The notes: generated by a model from the letters alone, not told the origin. DNA of 64,000 nucleotides from Antechinus flavipes (GCF_016432865.1 NC_067401.1:10912001-10976000), one strand, 5' to 3'; counted from the stretch's first letter, positions 12,530-25,088 are shown. Numbers and translations are program-made.

Positions 12530-14030
12530 GAAACCAAGAGGAATCGCTCAAGCTTTGGCACCATCTAGTGGACTGCGGAGATTCAGGGCTCTGCAGACAG
12601 TGCTCCAAGCTCCTCTCTGTCCCTGGAGGTTGCTCGGTGGCTCCCAGGAGACACGTGTTGCCTATTTCCCTCCTCCTGATGGACAGATCTCTTCACATCT
12701 GTATCGTTCTTGTTCGGCCAGATGTGCAATAGAAGGAGTAGCATCATATGCAACGTACCTGTGAGCGACGCAGGAGTACTGCAATGACGAATGAGATCAT
12801 AAGGGCTGCGGGCCAGAAGACCAGACCTGGGGATGTGCAGAATCCTTCCCCATTTCTGCAAAAAAAAAAAAAAAAAAATGGATCTCCCCTCGGAGCTCAA
12901 CCCATAGGATAGGTGAAGGACCCCCTTCTGAGAGGGACGGGCACCGAAAGTTAATCCTAAACTTGGATTTTGTCTCAGTCTGGGACAGAATCCCCTGTAA
13001 GTCTTTAATCTTTTCACCTCAGCTACCTTCCCTCCTACGTCCCTTGGATAGTACAAAGCAAGCCAGAGAATAAATAGCCTGAATCCCAAGGTTAGAGTTC
13101 ACCAGTCCTACTTAATTGTGCCATTTTACTTATTTGTATAACCTTGGATTTGATCTCTTTCCTGGCAGATCCCACTCCCACAAATAAGGAAATGTTTATG
13201 GCTGAATGGGTGGTATAGAGCTCACCTTTTCACTAGGATCCCCATTGCAGGGATATCTAATCCAAGTCCAGGAGATAAATGGAGTTCTCCTTTTCAAAGG
13301 CTAGAAACAGGGCTCTGTGAAGGTGAAGTTGGTCTGAACAGGTCATTCCTCGGTGTCAATACTCCTAAGGACATGATGGGACACATTAACATCACTTACG
13401 AAGGCCCCCATGTCCAACCTGCCATGATAAAACACGGGCCTCTCTGTGGCCCTTTCTGGGTTGGGGGCAACTGCTAGAAAGGATGGAAAGATCTGGTGGG
13501 ATTGATTTTTCACTGTCTTGTAATACAGCCCATACTCTGCAGAAGACCATTAGTACCTCTCTCATTGCCCTTGAAGTCCCAAAGACAGACCAAGATGCCT
13601 CTGAGGAGATAATATTCTGATCTAAGAGAGCCACCAACTATCATTCACAGAGTGTGAGAACATCGTGAGGCCACCGGCCCAAGGGGATCATGTGGTACTG
13701 ATAACGGTTGTAGCCATTGCTCTTTCCTGACTAGGCTGGACCATACGCTCCCCAGCTTGGTAGAGATCTCCTCGTTCTAGATCCTCCCACAAGATCCCAC
13801 TCCAGAACATGCAGCAAGGACCATCTGGGAGCCATAACTCCATTCAAGCCCCTATAATCTGCACAGATCCTCCCTAACTCCTTTCTTTGGGTGGGAGAAG
13901 ATGGAACATAACGACCCAAAAAGACATAAAGGGATCCAGTGAAGAGGATGAGTTAATTCCTGGGCTGAACTGTCCATCTTACAAGCAGCTTCCCTGTTCT
14001 TTCTCACTGAATGCATAAGTACACTCTAGG
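12530..14030 (-). mobile_element. Decayed Ty3/Gypsy (Metaviridae) pol fossil: RT, RNase H remnant, integrase
   Basis: Minus-strand motifs in the correct order: YAFSEKE (about 14000), RICADYRGLN (13842-13871), ISTKL/GAY, YNRYQYHMIPLG (13677-13712), VLSW (13422-13433), HIWPNKNDTDVKRSV (12682-12726), GTERSLEHCLQ..RW (12549-12623). Multiple stops, frameshifts and deletions. Confidence 0.7.
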
Positions 14031-15149
14031 AGCAGCCAGTCAAGACAATAGAGTTGCTAGGGCAGCAGCAGACAGTTGGGCCTGTGTTGCTTCCTGGAGA
14101 TTATTCTCAGACATGATAGAGACTCTGTACCTCTGAGGGGGCTCCAGGATAGCCTGCAATATCTGCAGGACTCAGAGTGGGCTGCCATGAAACAAACAAG
14201 GAGAGATCCTTTTCCTCCTTCTCTAGCTGTAGAATTAAGCTATGAAGGGAGAGGCAGGGGAATCAAGGATTGTTCTCCTTTGATAATGGCTTCTGGGTAT
14301 TCTGGGTCCTGTGGGAAGAGCCAAGACCAGGCTGTCTCAGCACTCCCTTGGGAAGAGGAAATGTGTAAATTCATCTGGCTGGACCAGCTGTGCCATATAC
14401 TAAGTGCAGCAAAGAAGCTACATAAGAATCTTAATACTATATATGTGATTATTCAGACTGTATCTTATTGGAAACTGAGATTTGGGATATATTTGGAGAT
14501 TTCTTTGGACTATTAAGTAGGAATGAGACAAAGCCAGATTTGCGATCTAAGAAATATTATTTGAAAATGATTTTTGCACATTTTTCATAAATGTAAATAT
14601 ATATTCATATAGAAATATATCCATATAGAAATATAAAATCGTTTAAAATACTTAAATCGGGCACTAAATCTAGAGAAATCTTGATTAAAATGAGGGGGGT
14701 AGAGATTTAATGCAGTTGGGAGAACATCCTAACTGTTCTGAAGGACAAGATTGAGACAGACTCCTGTTTCATGTCTTCAAGTCTATCTTCTTGAAAAACT
14801 GACTCACAAATCACCATTTTTTTGGTCAAACCAAGACATTCTTTATGTAAGAAAAAAAAGAGCAATTGTGAACACACTAAAAAGTGCCAAAGTCTGAAAA
14901 AAAAATCTGAATTTTTATAGGCTTTTAGACTGTGTTGGAGAAATACAAGACAAATGGAAGGATGCAATACCAAGTTGGAAGACAGAATTCCAGATTTTGA
15001 AAATTGGAAAGGACATTGGACTAGACATCCAGAGCACCCCACACCTGAAAAGGACTCCTCACTGGAATCAGTAGTCATCCAGCCTCTAACTTACCTTCCC
15101 TTACAGTGATATAAAAGAGGTGAGCTTCTTGGTAAGGCTCTATAACAAA

Positions 15150-15632
15150 TCATACTCCTTCTTTCTTCCTCCTCCCTCCTCCCTCCTCCCTCTCCCCCAG
15201 GCCAAAGCAGGACCCTTCTGGACCACTTGACAAGCTGGTGAACAAAACTCACACAGACAGAAGCAGCAAAAGAGCACGTTACACATAAGAAAAATGACAA
15301 TTTCCCCAGGATAGTTATAATAGCAAAAAAAGCTCTAAACAACGAAAGAGGACAGAGAGATACAAACAGAGATAAAGAGAGATAGAGGGTGGGGAGAGAG
15401 GGAAGGAGGGAAGAGGGAGACAGGGACAGAAGAGGGACAAGGAAAGAGAAGGGGAAAAGGAGGAGAGGAAGAAGGAGAAAGGAAGGGAAGGGAGAGGGAG
15501 AAGGAAAAAGGGGAAAAGGAGGAGAAGGGAGAGGAAGAAGGAAGAAGAGGAGGAAAGGGGGGAGATGCGAAGGGGAAAGGAAGAGGGGGAGGAGGAAGAG
15601 GGAAATGGAAAGGGAGAGAGGGAGGGGAAGAA
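15150..15632 (+). repeat. Short C/T run followed by a GA-rich homopurine tract
   Basis: Seen directly; it accounts for the ORFs at 15091-15709. Confidence 0.85.
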
Positions 15633-16172
15633 CCAAATGCTATTTCTACAGGATCAGCATTTGGGGGAAATGGCAATTTCAAAGCCTAGAATCAATAACT
15701 ACCTGTTAGGAATACAGTAGAAAGAATTTTTGCTTTGAATGGCAGGTTAGAATGAAAAACCCCTAAAAATCTAAGATTCTATAATTCCAAGTCCCCTACT
15801 CAAACAACAAGTCAACACAGTTGAGGACCACTGCTCGATCCAGCTTTAGCTGCTGTCTCTGTTTCCTACCTGAAGAGCAGTTCTTCACTGAATAATGAGA
15901 TCTTGATCACCCCAGTGATTGCCCCTTAGCCAATGAAATGGCTCTCTCTGTGGATGCCCATCCAGCATCCTCCAGTCTCAAATTCTGCCAGATTTGGGCC
16001 AACGCCAAGTATTTCCTGGGTACCAAGACTTGTCAGGGAATTGGGAAGTGCCCATGGTCACCTGACACCAGTAATATTAAAAACAGAGATTTGGGGTGGG
16101 GCCTGTGCTCCTTCAAACTAAGAGAGCTCTAGTCTCAGGCGTAGAGCTAAGGAGCAGGAGAGGGAGAGCAGA

Positions 16173-19100
16173 ATGCAGCCCTGGCCCCTCACATTTCTTG
16201 TCTGTCTCTTTCTCAGCTTTCTCCTGCCAGGTAAGATCGGGGAAGGGGGAAGGGAGAAGGGGAATGCCCTTGGAGGAACACTTGGCCCCCTCTCTCAGTC
16301 TCCAACCACTGGAGGTTGTCAAATATGGCTCCAACTCTGAAGACCTTGATTTTTCTATAATGAGATTCCCATAATGCCTAAAGTTAATTTTCTCCCTTCT
16401 GCTGTGCATCTGCTAACTTCAGTTCTTAACTCCTGACCAAGAAGCAGCCTATTCACAAGTCTCTCCCATGTAGTCACTTTCCCATATCCTTATATATGCA
16501 CTTGTCTTCCTGATTAGCAGATAATCTTGAGACTGGGGGTTGTTTTAGTCTTTGAATGTGTATTCCCAGCACCAAGCAAAGTACCTGGCATACAGTAGGT
16601 ACTTAATAAATGCTTGTTGATTGATTGATTGATCTTTTGCTGTATTATGCCACATTTCTCGTTTTCACCCTCAGACGTGATATTAATTCATTCAAGGATT
16701 ATTTTAAAATTTAAATTTAATAAAAATTTATTTATATATTATATATGTATTTAATAAAAATTAAAATTTAAAATTTTAAAATGCAAAAGGACTTACCGTA
16801 TGAAAGGCAATGCAAATGCTTTTGAAAACTGAAGGAATAGCCTGTGCTTCTATCCCCACGGTAGTCAGATGCCCAATGACCTCAGCATTCCATGTCGCTT
16901 AGAATCATCAGATCATAGAATCATGGGTCTTGGAGGCCCTCTAGTACAGACCGCTTTACAGAAAGATAAACTGAGTCACAGAGAAGGTGAAATGGCTTTC
17001 TTCCAGCTCTAAATCTGTGCTCTCATAATCAAAAGAGCAGGAAAGGTATCAGAATGGCAAATGCTTTGTATGAAACAATGATTTGAACAAACAATGATAT
17101 GCAAAGTCCTAGGGATGGATTGAAGTAGAAGCTAAATAGTCCCTGCCCAAAGGGCATCCCATACTGCCTCTGTTGTATTGTTACATGGCCTCAGCAAAAT
17201 GGAGAGGGGGAAGAGTAGACCAGAGGAGATTTGGGGGAGTGGATGGGCAAGGTAGTCATTAATTCTCTCTATCTGACCCAAGGACCAGCATAGCCAACAA
17301 TGGTCACTCATTGGAACTGGAAATGAATAAAGCAGCCATGTCATCCAAGTATTTTATCATATTATGTTTGTTCTCCTTCTCACGCCCTATCTTATATCCA
17401 AAGTGTTTGTTGAATTACCTTCAGGGTTTGTTGAATCAACCTGCTGATGCTGTAGAGTTGTATATAGCTACATGGCATTCAAATTCTTAAAAACAAATAG
17501 AGAAATCACAGTGCCCTGGTTTGTGTCTGACTTGGCTGGTTAATTTGGTTCCAATATGAGTGTATTTTTAAAGGTGGATTTCTCTCCCCATTTTCCAACA
17601 AAATTTATTGTAATATATAAATATAGTATTCTGCAATTTTAATAAAAGATAAATTAATTTTTAAAAAATTCTCTATCCAGGGGAAGGAACAGGGGCAGCT
17701 ATTCTACTACTCCAAACAAGAAGGTTCTGGGAGCTGACTAAGGAGGGCAAGAATGGTGGGGGAAGTTTGGGAAGAATATGGGAGAAGGTAGAATTAAAGA
17801 GGCAGCTGGCACTTTCCATTTGGGGTCTTTGGACCAGAAATCAATAAAGAAGTTGTTCCTGGCCCCACGACTGAGTTTGCATGTAGATTTGGGCAAGTTT
17901 TGCATGGGGGCAGAAACCCAGGGGAACTGAGAATTGAACACTGACTAATTGAGCTTACCACATCAGTCATTTCCCTAGCAATCACATTCCTTATTTCCTG
18001 CCCCAGGAAGGAAGGGCCCCAGGACATGGACTCTTTCTGGTTATTTAGATTTAAGGAAGAGGAAGGAGGATTTTTTCATTCTTTCCCAGTATTCCTTGGG
18101 TGAGCTCCACCATGACCTGTTCTCTCACACCTCTAGCACGTACAGAATATGAAACCTCTATTGTTCATCTCATTTTCCTTCTCCTGAACAGGCAAGGGGA
18201 ATCACTTCACTATCAATTGTTCAGGATTTGATCACCAAGGGGTGGACCCCACTGTCTTTGCATCTGTGATTGTGAGAAAGGACTTTCGTCCAGTTCTCAA
18301 CTACAGCGTCCCTATGCAGGTCAACATCTCCTTTACTATCTCCTCCATCTTGGATGTGGTGAGTGACTAGCCCTGCTTGGGCTCCCTAACCTATGGAAAC
18401 CCTTACCTCTCCACTTGCCCTCTCCCCGAGCACCATAAAGACCATAAGGGACATGTCTTAGAATGTTCTTGATGCCTTCAAAGAACTGAGTTGGTGCCTG
18501 GAGAGTCCTTGGTCAACGCCATGTTCCAGAGGGCTTTCCTTCTAGCCCCTCCTGAGTCTTGACTCCTCTACCAGTAAGTAAGCCATTGGCTGTCACCCTA
18601 GCCACATCTCCCCTCAACTAGAAGCATTCGTCGCCAGCTGGCTTCTGTCCCCGTTCTATCATATGTTCTGGCCCCAGCATTCTCTGAGGGTACCGGGGGG
18701 AAGCGCAGAGAATAAGATGGGGTCGTTCCCAAGCCGTGGGCCTAGAACAGAAATTTCTTTTAACAGGATGAGCAGCTGCAGCTTCTGACGTCCTTCCTGT
18801 GGTTGGATATGGTACGGCCAACTCAACCTCATTCTGCCTTCCTTGAGACGTTCCATTTCCTCCGTTCCTGCTTCCCAGATGACTTCCCGGGAAGTTCCTG
18901 GGAGCGGGTCCAGCTTTGGAGGCAGAAATGCTCCCTGAGTAGCCAGTCAGCTTGAAGACAGAAACGGGACCCCAGAGGGAAGAAGGGCAGCTCACACAGG
19001 GAAAGGGATTCTGGGGGAGGAAGTCAAAAAGTAGCTATAGAAGCGAACATCCAAGCCCATCCTCAAGCTCTCTCTGGGGAAGAGGCCAGTGCGGGACAAG

Positions 19101-22100
19101 GCAGGACAAATGCGACCTTCTGAGACAGAAAGAGGGGGAAGAAGGGATGTGAGAAGATGGAGAAATCAGCTAAACGGGAATAAAAAGTGAGAGGAGAGGC
19201 AATAACTAGTGTGGCTCCGAGCTCACGCTGCCTCTGCTTCTCTAGGTCTGGGACAATGCCTTCATCAGCTGGAACCCAGAGGAGTGTGGGGGCCTTCGGA
19301 AAATCTCTATAACAGCTCAGAACCTGTGGCTCCCAGACATCTTCATCATAGAGTCGTGCGTATGGGGCCCAGGGGAACCTTGAAGGTCCCCAGCAAAGGA
19401 GAGGAGGGCGTTTCAGCAGGGCAGCCTTTGGGACAAGGAGAGACACTAGAGAAAGAGGCAGAAGCTTGACTCAGGGCTTCCACAGGAGGAGGGGAAGGAT
19501 GCACTGTAGAGAAGGGCACGCGGGCTGAGCATGAAGGGGAAAGATAGGGAGCCCAGCAGCAGGATGACTTGGATAAGAGGGAAGGCCGAGATAAGTGGCA
19601 GGAAAAACCCGCAGCTCCTTCCTCCGCTAACTTCTTCCTTGCAGTGTAGATGTGGATCAGACTCCAACAGGTCTCACTGCATATGTGAGTAATGAAGGTC
19701 GCGTCAAGTATAAGAAACCAATGAAGGTGACCAGCATCTGCAACCTGGACATCTTCCGCTTCCCCTTTGACAAGCAGAACTGCACTCTGACCTTTAGCTC
19801 CTTTCTTTTCACGGGTGAGTAGGAGAGGGGNNNNNNNNNNNNNNNNNNNNNNNNNNNNNNNNNNNNNNNNNNNNNNNNNNNNNNNNNNNNNNNNNNNNNN
19901 NNNNNNNNNNNNNNNNNNNNNNNNNNNNNNNNNNNNNNNNNNNNNNNNNNNNNNNNNNNNNNNNNNNNNNNNNNNNNNNNNNNNNNNNNNNNNNNNNNNN
20001 NNNNNNNNNNNNNNNNNNNNNNNNNNNNNNNNNTTCTTCAGAATCTTTGTAATTGATCTTGTAATATAAAAACAAAATCAAACAAACAAAAAAAAGTCAC
20101 TAAAAAGAACACAGATATCACATTCACTAGACAACTTGACTTCTGGTGGGAAACAAGATGAGACGAGGGAACTCTCCCCGGCCACTGCTGTGTGTGGCGC
20201 TAAGACTGGCATTATTACTATGAAGTAGATGCCTCTAGTATTCTAGGGTTAGCACATGTGTCAACTCCACAACCACAACTGGTAACTCTCAATTCTTTTT
20301 TCAGTTGTTTGACTAGCAGGAAAAATCCAAATTGGTCCAAAGAAATGTCTCATAAACCTTAGCAGAGACTCTAAATAAAACTTCTTGTAAAAGCAAATGT
20401 TCAAAATCCACAGATCTTGGGATGTGATTGTATTCATTGTGTATAAATGCTGTATGAGAATGTAACCAACTCATGGTCAAGAATTGTATTATTTTTTATC
20501 TTTGTATTCCTTGTATCAACCAGAGTTTCTGACACATAGTAGATGCCAAATTCTCATTGATTGACTGATGGATTCTCCCTTACAGTGGATGATATGCTGT
20601 TGGGCATGGAAAAAGAACTGTGGGAGATTGTAGACACATCGCACAATCTTATCAAGACCCAAGGGGAGTGGGAACTCCTGGGAATCAGCAAAGCGACCCC
20701 AAAGCTGGCAGTGGGGTCCAACCTTTATGACCAGATCATGTTTCACGTGAGCCTATAGTTTCCCATTCCCATTCGACCCACTCACCCAACACCACCTTTA
20801 TCTGAAATCTTTATCAAAAAAAGTTTCATACATTGTAAATTAAGGTGCCTGTATTTCTATTTGGTCTTGATTGTCAGAGAACCCAGTGATTCTCAAATTA
20901 TCTTTCTTTGACCTGTTTTCCAGGTCAATTTTTTTTGTTTGTTTTGTTTTTGTTTTAGTAGAAATCTTACATTTTCTTCTTATTTTTAAGCTATTGTCTT
21001 TGTCTTGTTTTCTCATGGAAACACTGAGCTCTCTTTGCTTCATTCTTTTTTAAAAGGCATTCACTACTTGGGAAGTTTTCTACTTCTGTTCTAAACTACT
21101 CTATATTCAACTTTTTTTACTCTTAAACTTATTTCCTTTAAGATTTCATTTTGTATTACTTATTCATTTCCTTTATTTTAAACAGTATTTTATTTTTTTT
21201 AAATACATGCAAAGATAGTTTTCAACATTCACCTTTGCAAAAGCTAATATTCCAAATTTTTCCCTCTCTCCACCCTCTCCCCCAGATAGTAAGCAATCCA
21301 ATATAGGTTAAAGATGTGCAATCTTTCTAAACATATTTCCATATTCATTATGCTGCACAAGAAAAATCTGATCAAAAGGAGAAAAAAATGAGAGAAAAAG
21401 AAAACAAGCAAACAAACAACAATAACAACAAGGTGAAAATACTATGCTTTGATCCACATTCAATCTCCCTAGTTCTCTCTCTGGAGTGGTTGGCTTTTTC
21501 CATCACAAGTCTGTTGGAATTGCCTTGAATCACCCCATTATTAAGTAGAACCAAATCCATCACAGTTGATCATCACATGATTTTGTTACTATGTATAAAT
21601 AGTAACATTACAAATATAATAAATATAACTTGTATAAAGTTCTCCTGGTTCTGCTCATTTCTCTCAGCATCAGTTCATGTAAGTCTCTCCAGGTTTCTCT
21701 GAAATCAGCCTGCTGATCACTTCTTATACAACAATAATATTCCATTACATTCATCTACCATAACTTATTCAGTCATTCCCCAATTGATAAACATCTACTC
21801 ATTTTCCAGTTCCTTGTTACTATAAAAAGGGCATTTCTGTAGGTCCTTTTCCCTTCTTTATGATTTCCTTGGGGTACAGACCCCAGTAATGACACTGCTG
21901 GGTCAAAGGATGTGCACAGTTTGATAGCCCTTTGGGCATAGATCCAAATTGTCTCCAGAACATTGCTCATTTCACAATTCCACCAATAATACATGAGTGT
22001 GTCTCACTTTTCTCACATCCCCTCCAACATTTTTCACTATTTTTTGCCGTCCTCTTAACTGGCTTCGTGTAATCATGACATCCTATGTTGTCCCTTATAG

Positions 22101-24102
22101 TCAAGCCGATATTTTCTCTGAGGCTCCTCTGTTTGCAGTTGCAGATAATGCTTTTCTTCTGAGCTTACCTTTCCTTCTCTTAAGCTACAGCATTGCTTCA
22201 GTGTATTTAGCGTTTTCTTTTATTTATCTGTATTTCCAGCTTTTGTTCTTAGGCTAGGATTTTGTGCTCAGCTCAGTCCTCGTATTATCCTCTTCTTGCC
22301 CAACATTGTTCAGGAATTGTTTGGTCCTCTGGGCTCCATTTCTTGAATAGCACCCGCTCTCCCAGCCTGTATTAACACCAAGAAATCCAATTAGTCTAGT
22401 CTCCTGCTGTGGCTCCCAGTGCTCAAAGAAGTGCATAGTCAATCTTGTCTCCCTGTGTGGGGACTGCCTCTGCCCTTGCTCCTAGCACCCTGGCAGGTGA
22501 AGGCTGGGATCCTGTTTCAGACCACCTAATAACTGCAGCTAATACTGACTTGTAATCCCCTTCAGGTCCACATGTAGGAGTCTGTGCTAGTTGCTCTTGT
22601 ATAGCTCCTTGCCCAGATTCTGACTGGTTTCCATCACCACCACGGTTTTGTGCGATTCTGGGCTGGATGGGAGAATTAGCTGTTTTCTCTTCCATTTTAT
22701 TTTGCCACCAATCTATTTAGGGTCCCTTTGGGATGTTATCTGGGGTTTGTATAAGAGAACTGGTTCCTCTATGAATATTTAGGTTGACATTTTAACCAGA
22801 AATCTTTCTGCTGGAAAGCTCCTCTGTCCGGGGTCCCTAAATTGTAACCTTTTTCTGAGAGTATCACATGGTCCATGACGTCTGGGAGCTATATATGTAT
22901 ACTTTGTGTTCAGTTAAATCTGGAGCAATATTCCCATTAGGATCTGGACAAAAAGGCTACTATATTCTCTAATCAATCCTACTCTTCCAATCTAGCTCAA
23001 CTTCTTTATAATACCCCATTTCCTCCTTCTCCTTTGCCTCCAGGTGGCTATTAAACGCCGACCTGGCCTCTATGTAATAAACCTGCTGTTGCCCAGTGGA
23101 TTTCTGATAGCCATCGATGCTCTGAGCTTCCTTCTGCCAGCTGAAAGTGGGAACCGGGCCCCATTCAAGATGACCCTTCTGCTGGGATACACTGTCTTCC
23201 TACTCATGATGAATGACTTGCTTCCTGCCAGTGGCATCCCACTGATAAGTATGGTTCTTTCCACTGCTGAGANNNNNNNNNNNNNNNNNNNNNNNNNNNN
23301 NNNNNNNNNNNNNNNNNNNNNNNNNNNNNNNNNNNNNNNNNNNNNNNNNNNNNNNNNNNNNNNNNNNNNNNNNNNNNNNNNNNNNNNNNNNNNNNNNNNN
23401 NNNNNNNNNNNNNNNNNNNNNNNNNNNNNNNNNATAGACAAGGGGTGCACTGGATTTCACTACCTAAAAGGGAGAAGGGATTGTGAGGAGAGAGCTCCGT
23501 CCTAGCCAAGTAGGAAAGCTGGGGAAAGATGACAAAGGGGAAACTGGAGTCCCTCTTGTCCCGTCTCAGCGCGGCGCTCTGTGCTCCTCAGGCATATACT
23601 TTGCTGTGTGTCTGACCCTGATGGTAACCAGTCTGCTGGAGTCCGTCCTCCTCACCTATCTCCTGCACACGGTCACCACCCAGCCCCCTCCCATGCCCGA
23701 CTGGCTCTACTCCCTCGTGCTGAGATGTGTCCGAGCCACAGAATGCTGCCCCAAGAGGTCGCAGACAGAGAACGGGGGCCCCGCCCCCAGCGCCGCCCGC
23801 CCGCCAGGTAAGCGGCCCCCTGGGCCCCCCGGCCCACGTTCTGAGCCCGCGCTTGGCTCTTTCCGAGGTGGTGTCTCCTCCCTATTCTTGCTACAGGTCT
23901 AAGGGGCCCGGGGGCGGAGGCAGGCCCAGGGAAGGCGGAGCCGAATGGTGACCCACAAGCCACGTGGGCAGAGCCTCAGAGGCCCAGGCCCCCGGACGTG
24001 TGGGTGAAGTTCAGCCTCGCTCTGGACACGCTGCTCTTTTGGCTTTATCTGTCCTTCATGGCCTCCTCCTTAATCACCGTCATTGTCCTCTGGAGAACCT
24101 AG
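16173..24102 (+). CDS. HTR3C-like: 5-HT3 receptor subunit C/E-like, copy 2 (9 exons, 445 aa)
   Basis: Exons 16173-16230 (signal peptide [20 protein letters not shown]), 18192-18358, 18767-18811, 19246-19355, 19645-19814, 20586-20746, 23044-23248, 23592-23807, 23897-24102 (TAG). Total 1338 nt, all GT-AG and in frame. Cys-loop [15 protein letters not shown]; M2 [24 protein letters not shown]. Confidence 0.95.
19831..20033. other. Assembly gap (N run) in intron 5 of HTR3 copy 2
   Basis: Run of N. Confidence 0.99.
20860..22040 (-). mobile_element. Old L1 fragments (ORF1 piece and 3' end) in intron 6 of HTR3 copy 2
   Basis: Minus-strand [15 protein letters not shown] resembles L1 ORF1; the L1 3'UTR gctgggtcaaagg..tttgatagccctttgggcatag follows. 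Confidence 0.8.
23273..23433. other. Assembly gap (N run) in intron 7 of HTR3 copy 2
   Basis: Run of N; the paralogous intron of copy 1 carries a GA repeat at this position (10100-10180). Confidence 0.99.
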
Positions 24103-24169
24103 AAAGGGGCTTCTCCCGCCCCCGGCGTCTTCCAACGGCAGCCAGCGGGCCCACCCCTAACAACCTCCC

Positions 24170-24605
24170 AAGCCCCTGCCTCCCCCCCGCCGGCTCCTAT
24201 CGGAGGAAGACTTCTGCCCTCTCCCCGCGAGGCTGCCGGGCCCCCCCCTTCCCCCCGCCCCCCCGCCGCCCAGCCCCCCGCCGGCTCCTATCGGAGGAAG
24301 ACTTCTGCCCTCTCCCCGCGAGGCTGCCGGGCCCCCCCAGCCCCCCCCCGCCCAGCCCCCCGCTGGCTCCTATCAGAGGAAGACTTCTGCCCTCTCCCCG
24401 CGAGGCTGCCGGGCCCCCTCCCCCCCGCCGCCCAGCCCCCCGCCGGCTCCTATCGGAGGAAGACTTCTGCCCTCTCCCCGCGAGGCTGCCGGGCCCCCCC
24501 CTACCCCCCACCCCCGCCGCCCAGCCCCCCGCCGGCTCCTATCGGAGGAAAACCTCTGCCCTCTCCCCGCGAGGCTGCCGGCCCCCCCCCCAGTCCCCCC
24601 CCCCC
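24170..24605 (+). repeat. GC-rich minisatellite, 5 units of 80-91 bp, just 3' of the HTR3 copy 2 stop
   Basis: Core gctcctatcggaggaagacttctgccctctccccgcgaggctgccgg at 24193, 24284, 24366, 24446 and 24535, separated by variable C-runs. Confidence 0.95.
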
Positions 24606-24925
24606 CAGCTCTCCTGTCTGCGGCCCAGGCCTCCCGCCCACTGGGACAACCTCCCAGCCCCCCTAAGCTTTTGAAATGAGTCGCTTTGCAGCGCGGCCCA
24701 ACCCGGTCATCGCACAAATGGCACGAGCAGAAGCCGGGACGGCCTTTCTCCCGGGCCACAGAACTGTCCCGACAAAGCCTTCTGGGGCCGCGAGAACTCG
24801 CGTCAGTGCAACGCCCGCCCCTCGGCCCAGAGAGGGCGTGGCCTTGGGGTGCCCCGGAAACACAGACGGTCTCGGAGACATTGGTTCGGTTTGACTATGC
24901 AGATGTGTTGCAGAAACAGGTGTTT

Positions 24926-25060
24926 AGGGCCGCTAGGGGGCGCAGTGGAGCGAGCACCGGCCCTGAAGTCAGGAGGACCCGAGTTCTAATCTGCCCTCAG
25001 ACACTTCACACTTCCTGTCTGTGTGAGTCACTTAACCCCAATTGCCTCAGTAGAAAAAAG
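24926..25060 (+). mobile_element. WSINE1-type tRNA-derived SINE
   Basis: ggcgcagtgga..gagcacc.gccctgaagtcaggaggacccgagttc..ctcagacactt..agtcacttaaccccaattgcctcag plus A tail, matching the recalled consensus with a short internal deletion. Confidence 0.85.
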
Positions 25061-25088
25061 AATTAGGTTGTTTATTTATTATTATTTA

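Noticed and set aside
19809-23509. ORFs spanning the N runs (also 57490-59073)
   Set aside because: They are open only because N translates to X.
24170-24605. CRISPR-like appearance (constant core with variable spacers)
   Set aside because: The spacers are C-run variants of one another, not unique sequences, and the context is a mammalian 3'UTR with no cas genes.
24926-25060. tRNA gene (A and B box-like sequences)
   Set aside because: This is the tRNA-derived head of a SINE with an A tail, not a complete cloverleaf.
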